DNA from: Candidatus Latescibacterota bacterium
Lineage (GTDB): Bacteria; Latescibacterota; UBA2968; UBA8231
Direction: 5' to 3'
Assembly: GCA_965215195.1 (NCBI GenBank)
Contig: CBDCDC010000002.1
Coordinates: 3,488,001 to 3,552,000, forward strand
DNA: 64,000 nt
Shown: in pieces, positions 8,898 through 17,652 of the stretch
Position numbering within the stretch: position 1 is the first letter of the stretch
Layout of the letters: each line of letters opens with the position of its first letter
Made by a program: the position numbers and the translations under genes
The notes under the pieces: model-generated
The model's database searches: none
What the model was told of the DNA's origin: nothing
The model's input: only the letters and a program-made list of their open reading frames with translations

Positions 8898-9697
8898 GGG
8901 GTCTAGCCGACATCTACGCTACGCTCTTCCGCACCGATCTGGCCATACACTTTCAGTACCGGGCGGCGGTGGTGATCTGGCTGATCGGCCGCGTCGTCGA
9001 CGCGCTGGTCTTCCTTTCGGTGTGGACGGCGGTGGCTCGCTCGCAGGGCGGGCAAGTGGGCGACTTCTCTACCGGGGACTTCGCCGCCTACTACATCACC
9101 ATGATGATGATGGGCCACCTGACGTTTACTTGGTTCATGTTCGAATTTGAATATCGGGTGCGCTCGGGGGGCTTTTCGCCGCTCTTGCTCCAGCCCCTGC
9201 ACCCGATCCACCGCGACATCGCCATCAACGTCGCCTACAAGTTCATGACCCTCGCGGTAATGCTGCCGACGATGGGTCTAATGATCTGGCTTTTCGACCC
9301 GGTCTTCGACCCGCTGGCTTGGGCAATTTGGGCCTCGATACCTGTCGTCCTGCTCGCTTTCCTGATGCGCTTTTTCGTCGAGTGGGCACTCGCTTTAGTG
9401 GCCCTGTGGACCACGCGCACGGCCGCGGCCAACCAGCTCTACTTTGCGGCCTTGCTGTTCTTTTCGGGCCAGATGGCACCGCTGTCGCTGTTGCCCGAGT
9501 GGCTTCAGACCTTGGCCGCGCTTTTGCCCTTTCGCTGGATGCTGGCCTTTCCCACCGAACTCCTGCTTGGCCGACTCGCGCCTATCGAGGTGCTCTGGGG
9601 CGCGGCCGCGCAGGTGGTGTGGCTGGGGCTGAGCTGGGGAATTCTGGCCGCGGTCTGGTCGCGCGGCGTACGCAGGTACTCGGCGGTCGGCTCGTGA
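8894..9697 (+). CDS. ABC-2 type permease (DUF990-like)
   Basis: About 6 hydrophobic segments, YRA N-terminal motif, GVRRYSAVG C-terminus, ATGA overlap with the ATPase. Confidence 0.85.
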   Translation: MRGLADIYATLFRTDLAIHFQYRAAVVIWLIGRVVDALVFLSVWTAVARSQGGQVGDFSTGDFAAYYITMMMMGHLTFTWFMFEFEYRVRSGGFSPLLLQPLHPIHRDIAINVAYKFMTLAVMLPTMGLMIWLFDPVFDPLAWAIWASIPVVLLAFLMRFFVEWALALVALWTTRTAAANQLYFAALLFFSGQMAPLSLLPEWLQTLAALLPFRWMLAFPTELLLGRLAPIEVLWGAAAQVVWLGLSWGILAAVWSRGVRRYSAVGS

Positions 9698-10479
9698 ACT
9701 ATTTGCGGCTATTGTGGATCTTCCTGCGCATCGGCGCGATGAACGAGCTGGCGTACCGAGCCAATTTCTGGGTGCAGCTCGTGCAGAGCCTGCTCAATCT
9801 GGGGGTCGCGCTGGCGGGGTTGGCGGTGATTTTCTCGCATACCGAGGAGTTGGGCGGCTGGCAGCCGGCCGAGCTGGTGGCTCTCTTGGGGGTCTTCTTC
9901 CTGATGAGCGGCCTGATTGGCGCGCTGATCCAGCCGTCGATGCAGCGCTTTATGGAGGACGTGCGCTTGGGTACGCTGGACTTTACCCTCACCAAGCCAG
10001 AGGATGCACAAGTGCTGGTGAGCGTTGGCGAGGTGCGGATTTGGAAGTTCTTGGACGTAGTGCAGGGGGCGGTACTGATTGCCGTTGCCCTAGTTGAGAT
10101 CGGGATGCGGACGGGCCTTGCACATGCAGCGGGATTTGTCCTGACGCTTGCGGCTGGCGCGGCAATCGTCTACAGTTTTTGGCTGGTGCTAGCAACAACT
10201 ACATTCTGGTTTATCAAAGCGGAGAATATCCTCGTCATCTTCCAAGCCGTTTACACTGCGGGCAAGTATCCGGTGGCAATCTACCCGCGCTGGCTCAAGC
10301 TGGCGATGACCTTTCTGGTGCCGGTGGCCTTTGCGGTGACCGTGCCGTCGGAGGCGTTGGTGGGGCGGTTGTCGCCGGAGGTATTGGGGGGAGCGTTGGC
10401 AATGGCAGGGGGCATGCTGGTGGGAGCGCGGGCGTTTTGGTTGTGGGGGGTGCGGCACTATTCAGGGGCGTCGGCCTAG
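9694..10479 (+). CDS. ABC-2 type permease (DUF990-like)
   Basis: GTGA-overlap start at 9694. YRANF, GTLDFTLTKP, KYPVAIYP, GVRHYSGAS. Confidence 0.85.
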   Translation: MNYLRLLWIFLRIGAMNELAYRANFWVQLVQSLLNLGVALAGLAVIFSHTEELGGWQPAELVALLGVFFLMSGLIGALIQPSMQRFMEDVRLGTLDFTLTKPEDAQVLVSVGEVRIWKFLDVVQGAVLIAVALVEIGMRTGLAHAAGFVLTLAAGAAIVYSFWLVLATTTFWFIKAENILVIFQAVYTAGKYPVAIYPRWLKLAMTFLVPVAFAVTVPSEALVGRLSPEVLGGALAMAGGMLVGARAFWLWGVRHYSGASA

Positions 10480-10520
10480 CGATAGTCCATTTTGCCATTT
10501 TATAGAAAGGGGCAACGGAA

Positions 10521-11537
10521 ATGAGTGACAAACAAAGCAGGATGCACGTTGGGGTGCAGGGAATCGGCACCTCAAAGGTGGAACTGGAGTTTCTGGTGCG
10601 GCACGGGGTGACCCACATGGACGCCTCGGTTGAGGACAACGAGGTCGAGACCTTGGTGCGGCACAAGGAGGCCGCGGCCGCGTACGGGGTGAGTATGGAG
10701 TCGATCCACATTGGCGTACCCAAAAGCGTCACACTGGCGCAGGACCCGCAGCGAGACCAAGACCTCGACGAGGTCTGCCGCTGGATCGAAAACGCGGGCA
10801 AGGCCGGGCTGCGGGCATTGCTCTACAACTTCTGCATCCTGCCGCATCAGCGCACCGAGCCTACGCCCGGGCGCGGGGGCGTGATGTACAGTTCGTTCGA
10901 TCTGTCGAAATACGACAACGAAACCTTGAGTGAAGCGGGCGTGGTCAGTCGCGAAGAAGCGTTTGAGCGGGCGGCCTACTGGCTCGAGCGCGTGATTCCG
11001 GTAGCCGAGGAGAACAAGGTGCAAATGGCCTGCCATCTCAACGATCCGCCAGCTCCCGTCCTGCGCGGCGTCGAGCGCTGGAACTGGCCGGTGATGGAAG
11101 GGCTCAAGCGCTTTTCCGAGCTGGTCGATAGCCCGTATCACGGCTTTAACTTTTGCTGCGGCGTAGCGTCTGAAGGCTTGGAGAATCCGGCCGAGGAGCT
11201 CTGCGATATCGTGCGCTACTTTGGCGAGAGGGGGAAGCTCTTCAACATCCACTACCGCAACATCAAGGGCGGGCTGCACAATTTCCAAGAGGTCTGGCCC
11301 GACGAAGGCGATGTCGATATGCACGAAGTGGCGCGCACCTTGAGGGACGTAGGCTATCAGTACATGCTGATGCCCGACCACGCGCCATCCCACCCCGACG
11401 ACAAGGCACCCGCGGGCGCGTCGGGCCGGGTGCGCCAAGCCTGGGCCTTTCAATTTGGGTACATCATCGCCATGATCCAAGCGGTGAACAAAGAGCGGTC
11501 CGGCCGCAGCATTGGGGCCGCAGCGCAAACTGCTTAG
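10521..11537 (+). CDS. Mannonate dehydratase (UxuA)-like protein
   Basis: YNF, VIPVAEE..MACHLNDPP, FNFCCG, IHYRNIKG, FQEVWPDEGDVDM, LMPDHAP. Confidence 0.8.
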   Translation: MSDKQSRMHVGVQGIGTSKVELEFLVRHGVTHMDASVEDNEVETLVRHKEAAAAYGVSMESIHIGVPKSVTLAQDPQRDQDLDEVCRWIENAGKAGLRALLYNFCILPHQRTEPTPGRGGVMYSSFDLSKYDNETLSEAGVVSREEAFERAAYWLERVIPVAEENKVQMACHLNDPPAPVLRGVERWNWPVMEGLKRFSELVDSPYHGFNFCCGVASEGLENPAEELCDIVRYFGERGKLFNIHYRNIKGGLHNFQEVWPDEGDVDMHEVARTLRDVGYQYMLMPDHAPSHPDDKAPAGASGRVRQAWAFQFGYIIAMIQAVNKERSGRSIGAAAQTA

Positions 11538-11546
11538 GGCCGCGGC

Positions 11547-12446
11547 ATGTCGATCCATTGGCTGAGGGCGGTGCAGTTGCTGGTTCTGCTCAGCTCGTTG
11601 GGCGGAGCTCAGCCCCCAGAAGAGGGTGCGTTGAAGAAGGATTTGCAGGCATTGGAGCGCATCGTCTATCTGGTGGGTTCGGCCAGTGGAGTGGCACTGC
11701 TGGTCTCGTTGGGGCTGCTCGTTGCGCGTTGGCGGCTGGGGACGGTGCAGGCGCGGCGCTTTGTATTGCGCGGCGACGAGCGCCAACTAATAGCTCAATT
11801 GGTGCAAGGTTCCAATGGCGGCGAACTGGAGTTGAGGGATGCCGACGGTGAAATTACCGCCGTGCTGAGCAATGGGCTTCAGTTGCGCGATCGCGAAGGA
11901 CAGGTGCGGGCCGACTTGCGGCTGGAGAGCCATAAGGCCCCGCTGCTGGAACTCTACGACGAGCGGGGCGAAGTGCGGGCGGGCCTCTCGCTGAGCGAGG
12001 ACGGAGCCGGCAGTTTGGCCTTTTACGACGAGACCGGGCGGCCTCGCGCCGGCTTGGGCAGCGGCCACGCCGGCGCAATGCGGCTGAGTTTCTTCGATAA
12101 CGAAGGACGGATGCGGCTGCAAAGCGGCCTCGAAGACAAAGAAGTGCCGGCGCTCAAGCTCTACGATGCCCAAGGCGAGGTGCGCGCCACACTGAGCGTA
12201 CAGGCCGATGGCATGACCATGCTTGAAATGCGCGACCAAGGCAGCCACACGCGCACCATCGTCGGGGTACTGGAAGAGGGAATCGCTTGGCTGGGGGTTC
12301 TCGACGAGGAACAGCGTTTCCGCGCCGGGTTGGGCCTACCGACCGGCGGGAATCCCCGGCTGGACTTCTACGACGAAGAGGGGGAGACGCGGGCTTCTTT
12401 GCACATCGATAGCCAAGGCCGCTTCAAGACCGATCCAGACTCTTAG
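11547..12446 (+). CDS. Membrane-anchored hypothetical protein with ~9 tandem 23-aa beta-type repeats
   Basis: Two N-terminal hydrophobic segments, then a repeated Lx(L/F)(Y/R)DxxGxxRAxL unit. Confidence 0.7.
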   Translation: MSIHWLRAVQLLVLLSSLGGAQPPEEGALKKDLQALERIVYLVGSASGVALLVSLGLLVARWRLGTVQARRFVLRGDERQLIAQLVQGSNGGELELRDADGEITAVLSNGLQLRDREGQVRADLRLESHKAPLLELYDERGEVRAGLSLSEDGAGSLAFYDETGRPRAGLGSGHAGAMRLSFFDNEGRMRLQSGLEDKEVPALKLYDAQGEVRATLSVQADGMTMLEMRDQGSHTRTIVGVLEEGIAWLGVLDEEQRFRAGLGLPTGGNPRLDFYDEEGETRASLHIDSQGRFKTDPDS

Positions 12447-12471
12447 AAGCTGTCCTTAAAATTAATAACGC

Positions 12472-12535
12472 ATTCGCATTCAACGGCGTCCTACCATCGA
12501 GCACGACACGTACCCACAGGAGGGGTCGTGTACTT
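12472..12535. repeat. Dispersed ~64-bp intergenic repeat, copy 1
   Basis: Reverse complement matches 48698..48760 at about 57/64 positions (manual alignment). Confidence 0.8.
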
Positions 12536-12552
12536 CGGCTGGCTAAAAACGT

Positions 12553-12987
12553 TCACAACTCGTCGTAACGCGGCACTTGGTCGAGAAAGCCGCGGTCGGT
12601 GGCATAGCAGTAGTGGACCAAGCCATTAGTGACCAAAAGACAGCGGGCTTGAACCACGCGGTTGTAGGTAGCGATCTGGTCGAAGGTCTGCTGAGTGACG
12701 GAAACGTCCGGCTCTTTGCACTCGGCCATTAGCACGGCCCGGCCCGCGCGGTCGTGGACGACGACATCGGCGCGAAACCCCTTGCCGTGGAGTTCAATGC
12801 TTTTCTCAATGGCGATCAACCCGCGCGGATAGCCCAAGTCCGATATTAGATAATGCACCAAGTGCTGCCGCACCCACTCCTCGGGCGTCAATCGCACGTA
12901 CTTGCGGCGCAACGGGTCGAGTATCTCGCGCTTGCCTTCGACTTGGCGGATGTCAAAGGCCGCGGCCGGGAGGTTGAGGCGCTGCAT
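12553..12987 (-). CDS. Stand-alone type I restriction HsdR N-terminal (HSDR_N_2) domain protein
   Basis: LNLP..., ILDPLRRKYVRLTPEEWVRQ, RADVVV, ECK, QIATYN, VTNG. Confidence 0.88.
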   Translation of the reverse strand: MQRLNLPAAAFDIRQVEGKREILDPLRRKYVRLTPEEWVRQHLVHYLISDLGYPRGLIAIEKSIELHGKGFRADVVVHDRAGRAVLMAECKEPDVSVTQQTFDQIATYNRVVQARCLLVTNGLVHYCYATDRGFLDQVPRYDEL

Positions 12988-12989
12988 GA

Positions 12990-15374
12990 CTATTTGAGCA
13001 ACAGCATCTTGTGGACTAACGAGGCAGCGCCCTTCTGTAGGCGCACTAAATAGACGCCCGTGGCCACAGGTTTTCCGCTGGCGTCCGCTCCATCCCATTC
13101 AACTTGGTAAACGCCCGGTCCTGCATAGCCCTCGGCGAGCGTCTTCACCCTCTGGCCCTGTACGTCGAAAACTTCCAAATGCACCCGGCCCGGCTCTTCG
13201 AGGCGGTAGCCGATGGTTGTGGAGCTATTGAACGGATTGGGATAGTTCGGCTCTAGGGCAAATGCTCGCGGCGCAGCACTTTGGTTTCCTTCCTCCCGCA
13301 CAGCCGTAATCCCACCAGAGGGCTGGGCAGCGACCAAGTAAATATCGTCGAGGTAGAAGGTTCCGCGCAGGGAGCCGATGAAGCGCAGCGATTCGATCGA
13401 GCCGTCGAAGGCCAGCTCGTCCAAGCCGACCTCAATCACTTGCCATTGGTCTAGTTCCCAGTCCAATTGATCCGTCACATCCAGCCGATTGTCGGTATCG
13501 CCGTTGACAAGCCAAGTCAAGGAGGGCCGGAAGCCGCCAACGGCCGTGCCGGGATGCAAAGCCAAGCGCAGCGCGACGTAGCCGACGTTGGCGACCGGCA
13601 CGCGGGGCAGAAATTCAATGGTGAAACCCCGGGCTTCTACCCGCATCGCTCGCTGACCAGCGAAGACGGTATCGGCATGGGTCGGGTTGAGTTGTGCGCT
13701 GTAGAGTGCGCCTTGGTCCCAAGCGAGCTCGTCGGCAAAGAGGACTTGATCCTCTCTGGGCAGCACGACGACGGAATGCACCAGTTTGGTCGCCTCGTCG
13801 CCTTGGGCGAGATGCACCACCAGCTTTTTGCGGCCATTGTGTTCGCCGGCCGCGAGGTCGGCTTCGAGGCGATAGGTCTGATCGTCTATTCGTTGCAACG
13901 GCAACGCCTCCGAGCCGCCCAGCGCAGCTAAATTGGCCGTCAGTTGGGCTGGCTCGGCGTCTGCTACCTGTCGCCGGAGGCGAATCGTCGAATGCAGGGA
14001 CAGCGCTGCGCCAGCGAGCAAGGTGTCGGGCGGGGGGTTTTCCCATGTGCCTTGGAGGGGGCTGGCCTCAATGCGGAAGATGGCTTGGGTGAAGTCATCG
14101 CTGGTCAAATAGAGGCGTCCGGCCTCGTCGGTAATCAGCCCAACGGGCTTGCCCCACACGGTATTCGCGTTGGGGTTGGGACGAAAGCCGGTGAGAAAAT
14201 CGGCGATGCGGGCGTTGGACCCATCCGGCTCGGCAAAGAGCGCCATGACCTTGTAGCCCGGATCGTTGCCCAACACGCCAGCGCGGAAGGCGACAAACGC
14301 GGCGTGTTTGTACTGAGGGGGAAACTGGTCGTGCGTGTAGAAATGCAGCGCCATGGGCGCCAAATGGGCGGGCACGAGGGCGGCCGGGCGCTCCATGCTG
14401 GCGACCAACAGCGAGTCGGCGCGGGTCAGCGGGAAAATTGCCCGTTGGTACGCGCCAATGGAGAAATCGGTCCAGACCTGATAGGCATAGGCCAAGGGCC
14501 AGCCATAGAAGTGGCCATCGCGAATAGGAGTAATCCATTCCGGCGGCAAGCCCCGTCCCTCGCGGTCGTGCCCATTGCCAGCGCCCCACAGTTCGCCGGT
14601 GACCGGGTGCAAGTCAAGGCCGATGGCATTGCGCAGGCCAGAGGCAAAAATCCGCCGACCCGTGCCGTCAGTGTTGAACTGTAGGACCGTGGAGCGTTCC
14701 GGGTCGTCTTCCCGGCACAGGTCGCAACTCGAGCCAACGTGGAAGTAGAGCTTGTCGTTGGATTCGTCAAAGACCAGCGTATGGGTCACGTGTTCGGCGG
14801 CGCGGCCCATAAAGCCGGGCACCTCGGCAAAGACGGCGCGCTCCTCGTAAAAGCCATCCGCGTCCCGGTCTTCGAGGCGGTAGATCGCATCGTCGTCGGC
14901 CACGAAGAGCGCTCCCTCGTAGAAGGCGACGCTGTGGGGCCAGTGAAAGTCGTCGGCCGCCTTGTACGCGGTGTCGGCGCGGCCATCGCCATCTTGGTCG
15001 GGCAAGGCCAACACCGTGCCTTGCCGGCCCGAGGCCGGGCTCCATTGGTTTCTTCCGCGAGTCTTCATGTTGGCTACGTGCAGGACGCCTTGGTCGTCCC
15101 AAGCCATGAAGCGAGCTTTATCTACTTGATCGGAGAAGAGCTTGACCTTAAAGCCGGGCGGGAGGTTGAGCGTGCGGTCGGGGAGGCCCTCAACCGGCGT
15201 TGGTTCGAGGTGGAGGTCGATCTTGGGTGTTAAGCGGATCTGACCGGGGGGGTAATCGGCGTGGAGCGCGGGGCTTCCCGTCGCCAGCATTGGCGACGCA
15301 CCCGCGAGAAGGATACAGAGCGTGAAAATTCTCCCATAGACGACGTGTGCAGCAGGCTGGACAGACATGGACAA
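12990..15374 (-). CDS. PQQ-dependent sugar/sorbosone dehydrogenase family protein with C-terminal YPNPFN/FlgD-Ig tail
   Basis: VGSSCDLCRE, FASGLRNAIGL, GHFYGWP, HLAPMAL, GKPVGL. Tail FALEPNYPNPFN...KMLLLK. Confidence 0.85.
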   Translation of the reverse strand: MSMSVQPAAHVVYGRIFTLCILLAGASPMLATGSPALHADYPPGQIRLTPKIDLHLEPTPVEGLPDRTLNLPPGFKVKLFSDQVDKARFMAWDDQGVLHVANMKTRGRNQWSPASGRQGTVLALPDQDGDGRADTAYKAADDFHWPHSVAFYEGALFVADDDAIYRLEDRDADGFYEERAVFAEVPGFMGRAAEHVTHTLVFDESNDKLYFHVGSSCDLCREDDPERSTVLQFNTDGTGRRIFASGLRNAIGLDLHPVTGELWGAGNGHDREGRGLPPEWITPIRDGHFYGWPLAYAYQVWTDFSIGAYQRAIFPLTRADSLLVASMERPAALVPAHLAPMALHFYTHDQFPPQYKHAAFVAFRAGVLGNDPGYKVMALFAEPDGSNARIADFLTGFRPNPNANTVWGKPVGLITDEAGRLYLTSDDFTQAIFRIEASPLQGTWENPPPDTLLAGAALSLHSTIRLRRQVADAEPAQLTANLAALGGSEALPLQRIDDQTYRLEADLAAGEHNGRKKLVVHLAQGDEATKLVHSVVVLPREDQVLFADELAWDQGALYSAQLNPTHADTVFAGQRAMRVEARGFTIEFLPRVPVANVGYVALRLALHPGTAVGGFRPSLTWLVNGDTDNRLDVTDQLDWELDQWQVIEVGLDELAFDGSIESLRFIGSLRGTFYLDDIYLVAAQPSGGITAVREEGNQSAAPRAFALEPNYPNPFNSSTTIGYRLEEPGRVHLEVFDVQGQRVKTLAEGYAGPGVYQVEWDGADASGKPVATGVYLVRLQKGAASLVHKMLLLK

Positions 15375-15472
15375 CTCCGGTGGTTTGAGTTCTTACTATT
15401 CAAACATAACGAAACGGTTTTTTCTCAACAGGGCTGTTCGCCGGAAGAGTGCTGGCGGAGAGGTCGATCTTC

Positions 15473-16654
15473 TTAAAGACCTCGGGTAGCGTCCAAGAGA
15501 ATTGCCGAGGTGAGAAAGTGTTTGGGGGCCGGTGGCCCTGGGGCCGGGCGCACCCGGCTCTCGGCGATTATGCGCAGACGCACAAAGCCCTCGGCATCGG
15601 GCGGGATCTCCAGCGTCCACTCGCACCTACCGGCTGGCTGGCTATTCAGACGGTCCAGCACGGCGGGCGCGGCATTCGGCTGCCACTGGCCAATCAACTC
15701 GGCCTTTTCGACCGCTTCGGTTGCCTCAAAGGCGACGTGCAAAACACCGGCCCCTCCCGTCCAAGTGTCGCCGATAAAATGGTTATCGACCGAGAAATCA
15801 ACGAGGTCGATCCAGTGCCCTTGGGCGGCACAAGTACGTCCTCGGCGCAGGCCGGCGAAAATCGCTTCTGGGGTGGGTTGGTGCCCCACCTTCACGCCGA
15901 CCCGGACGTGGTTGAAGATGCCTAGCGGATAATCGGACTGGTGCAACTGCTTGTGGACGTGGAAGTCGGAGTTCAATAGCAGGGAAAAGGGCCGCTGGCA
16001 GGCGTACACTTGGTCAACCAAGCCGCCAATGGCACCTCCCGGATAGGCACACGGGTCCATTGCAGCGACTTTGGCGTGAGCTTGGTGTCCGTGCAAGGCT
16101 TCAATGCCGATGACAAGACTCGCCGCTTCACCGCGCCCCAGCGCGAGCTTTCTAGCCCCGCCATCAGCGGCGAGATAGCGGTTGATGCTCTCTGTGGACC
16201 ACTGGCCGGCAGCGGGGTGATTAAAGAAGAGGACGGGGCGCTCGGCCGCCGGCAGCGCACTCAAGTGCTCTAAAGCCGTTTCCACGCCAACAGGCGCTGC
16301 AGCCCCCAGCCGATCGTGGGCTGCGGCAAAGGCATAGGCGTTTTCGGCCTCGCGCTCGCCTATCGGAAAGACGAGCCCAGCGTGGCCTCCCATAGGCGCG
16401 TTCCACTCTAACCCGAAGAAGATGGGGAACCCCGGCAGGATGCAGCGGGCTTGCTCAATCATGCGATGTTGCTCAAAGAAGACGGGTTTTTGCGCGTGGT
16501 TGGTCAGAGCGATAAAATCGAGTGTGTTGCACACCCCTTCCAAATGCTCGGCGACCAAGGCGTGATCTTCGCAGTGGTTGTGCATATCGCCGCGGACCCA
16601 CCTCAGAGGCCCGCGTGTCGTTTCATCGGCCATGGCAAAACGGTGCGTGGTCAA
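15473..16654 (-). CDS. PHP-domain metallohydrolase (CehA/McbA-like); true start may be ATG 16633
   Basis: GDMHNH, IALTNH, GLEW, GGH, FNHP, NSDFH metal-ligand pattern. Confidence 0.75.
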   Translation of the reverse strand: MTTHRFAMADETTRGPLRWVRGDMHNHCEDHALVAEHLEGVCNTLDFIALTNHAQKPVFFEQHRMIEQARCILPGFPIFFGLEWNAPMGGHAGLVFPIGEREAENAYAFAAAHDRLGAAAPVGVETALEHLSALPAAERPVLFFNHPAAGQWSTESINRYLAADGGARKLALGRGEAASLVIGIEALHGHQAHAKVAAMDPCAYPGGAIGGLVDQVYACQRPFSLLLNSDFHVHKQLHQSDYPLGIFNHVRVGVKVGHQPTPEAIFAGLRRGRTCAAQGHWIDLVDFSVDNHFIGDTWTGGAGVLHVAFEATEAVEKAELIGQWQPNAAPAVLDRLNSQPAGRCEWTLEIPPDAEGFVRLRIIAESRVRPAPGPPAPKHFLTSAILLDATRGL

Positions 16655-16674
16655 CGGGGAAGTATTCTCTAATA

Positions 16675-17559
16675 ACCAATGGTGCTAGTGAGTTGACCGT
16701 GGTCAAGGTAGTTCCTACGCTGAGGGTATCCCCCCTTTCAGCGAAGGAGCGTCCCATGACCACGGCCGAGTTTATAATAGCCCTGTTCTGTCGAATCGAC
16801 CACCAGATGGGCGATGTGCCCAAACACCCCCAAGCCGCCTTATATCCCAGCGAAACGGTGACCTTGGCGGTTCTGTATGCGCTCAAAGGGGGCGGCAAAC
16901 GGGCGTTTTATCGCTGGGTAGCGCGCGATTGGCGCGCCTTTTTTCCGCGCCTGCCCGAGCGCACCCGCTTGTTCCGCCTGTTTGCCGCCCATGCGGACTG
17001 GACCGATCGCTTTCGAGCGGACCCCACCCCTTTAGGCGTGATCGATAGCTATGGCATCGAGTTGATCCATCCAGTACGCGAAGGCCGCTCCGCTCACCCT
17101 ATCGGCCGGAAAGGGCGGTCCAATCACCGCTGGATCGTCGGCGGCAAGCTGGGCTTGATCGTCAACCAATGGGGCTTGATCGTCGATTGGGATTGTAATA
17201 CCGCCAATGTCCACGATACGGTCTTTCACCCGATGATTGGCCGCTACGAAGAGCAGATGATCCTCCTCAGCGACCAAGGCTTTCATGCCAAAGCCGGTGA
17301 TCCGGCCAATCTGAAAGTGTGTCCCCGCAAAACGTGGGGCGAGCGTATGGTCATCGAGACCGTCTTTTCCATGCTGACCCGCATCGGGCACTTCAAGCGA
17401 CAGACCCATCGAGCCTGGGCCTACTTTAGAGCGCATCTGAGCTTTGCCATGGCCACCTTCAACCTGCTGGTTCAGTGGCACGGGTTGCAACCCGATGAAA
17501 ATGGATTCGTCCGCTTGTCCATCGCGGAATTTAGCTTGTAGCCCACTAGCACCATTGGT
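16675..17559 (+). mobile_element. IS982-family insertion sequence (885 bp)
   Basis: Perfect 16-bp terminal IRs ACCAATGGTGCTAGTG (16675-16690 and 17544-17559) with 5'-AC ends, 5-bp target duplication TAATA (16670-74 and 17560-64), single transposase ORF. Confidence 0.88.
16756..17541 (+). CDS. IS982-family DDE transposase
   Basis: AAGGAG RBS. LYPSETVTL, FPRLPERTRL, VIDS, GGKL, ANVHD, SDQGF, RMVIETVFS. Confidence 0.85.
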   Translation: MTTAEFIIALFCRIDHQMGDVPKHPQAALYPSETVTLAVLYALKGGGKRAFYRWVARDWRAFFPRLPERTRLFRLFAAHADWTDRFRADPTPLGVIDSYGIELIHPVREGRSAHPIGRKGRSNHRWIVGGKLGLIVNQWGLIVDWDCNTANVHDTVFHPMIGRYEEQMILLSDQGFHAKAGDPANLKVCPRKTWGERMVIETVFSMLTRIGHFKRQTHRAWAYFRAHLSFAMATFNLLVQWHGLQPDENGFVRLSIAEFSL

Positions 17560-17652
17560 TAATAATCGCCTGTCAACTTGAGCTTGCAATACCAGCCTTA
17601 TTAGATTAAGCGAAAACTTGGACTGCGTAAAAGAATCGCTCGGAGCAAAACA

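Noticed and set aside
10572-11786. 404-aa minus-strand ORF
   Set aside because: It is the shadow of the UxuA-like gene on the opposite strand.
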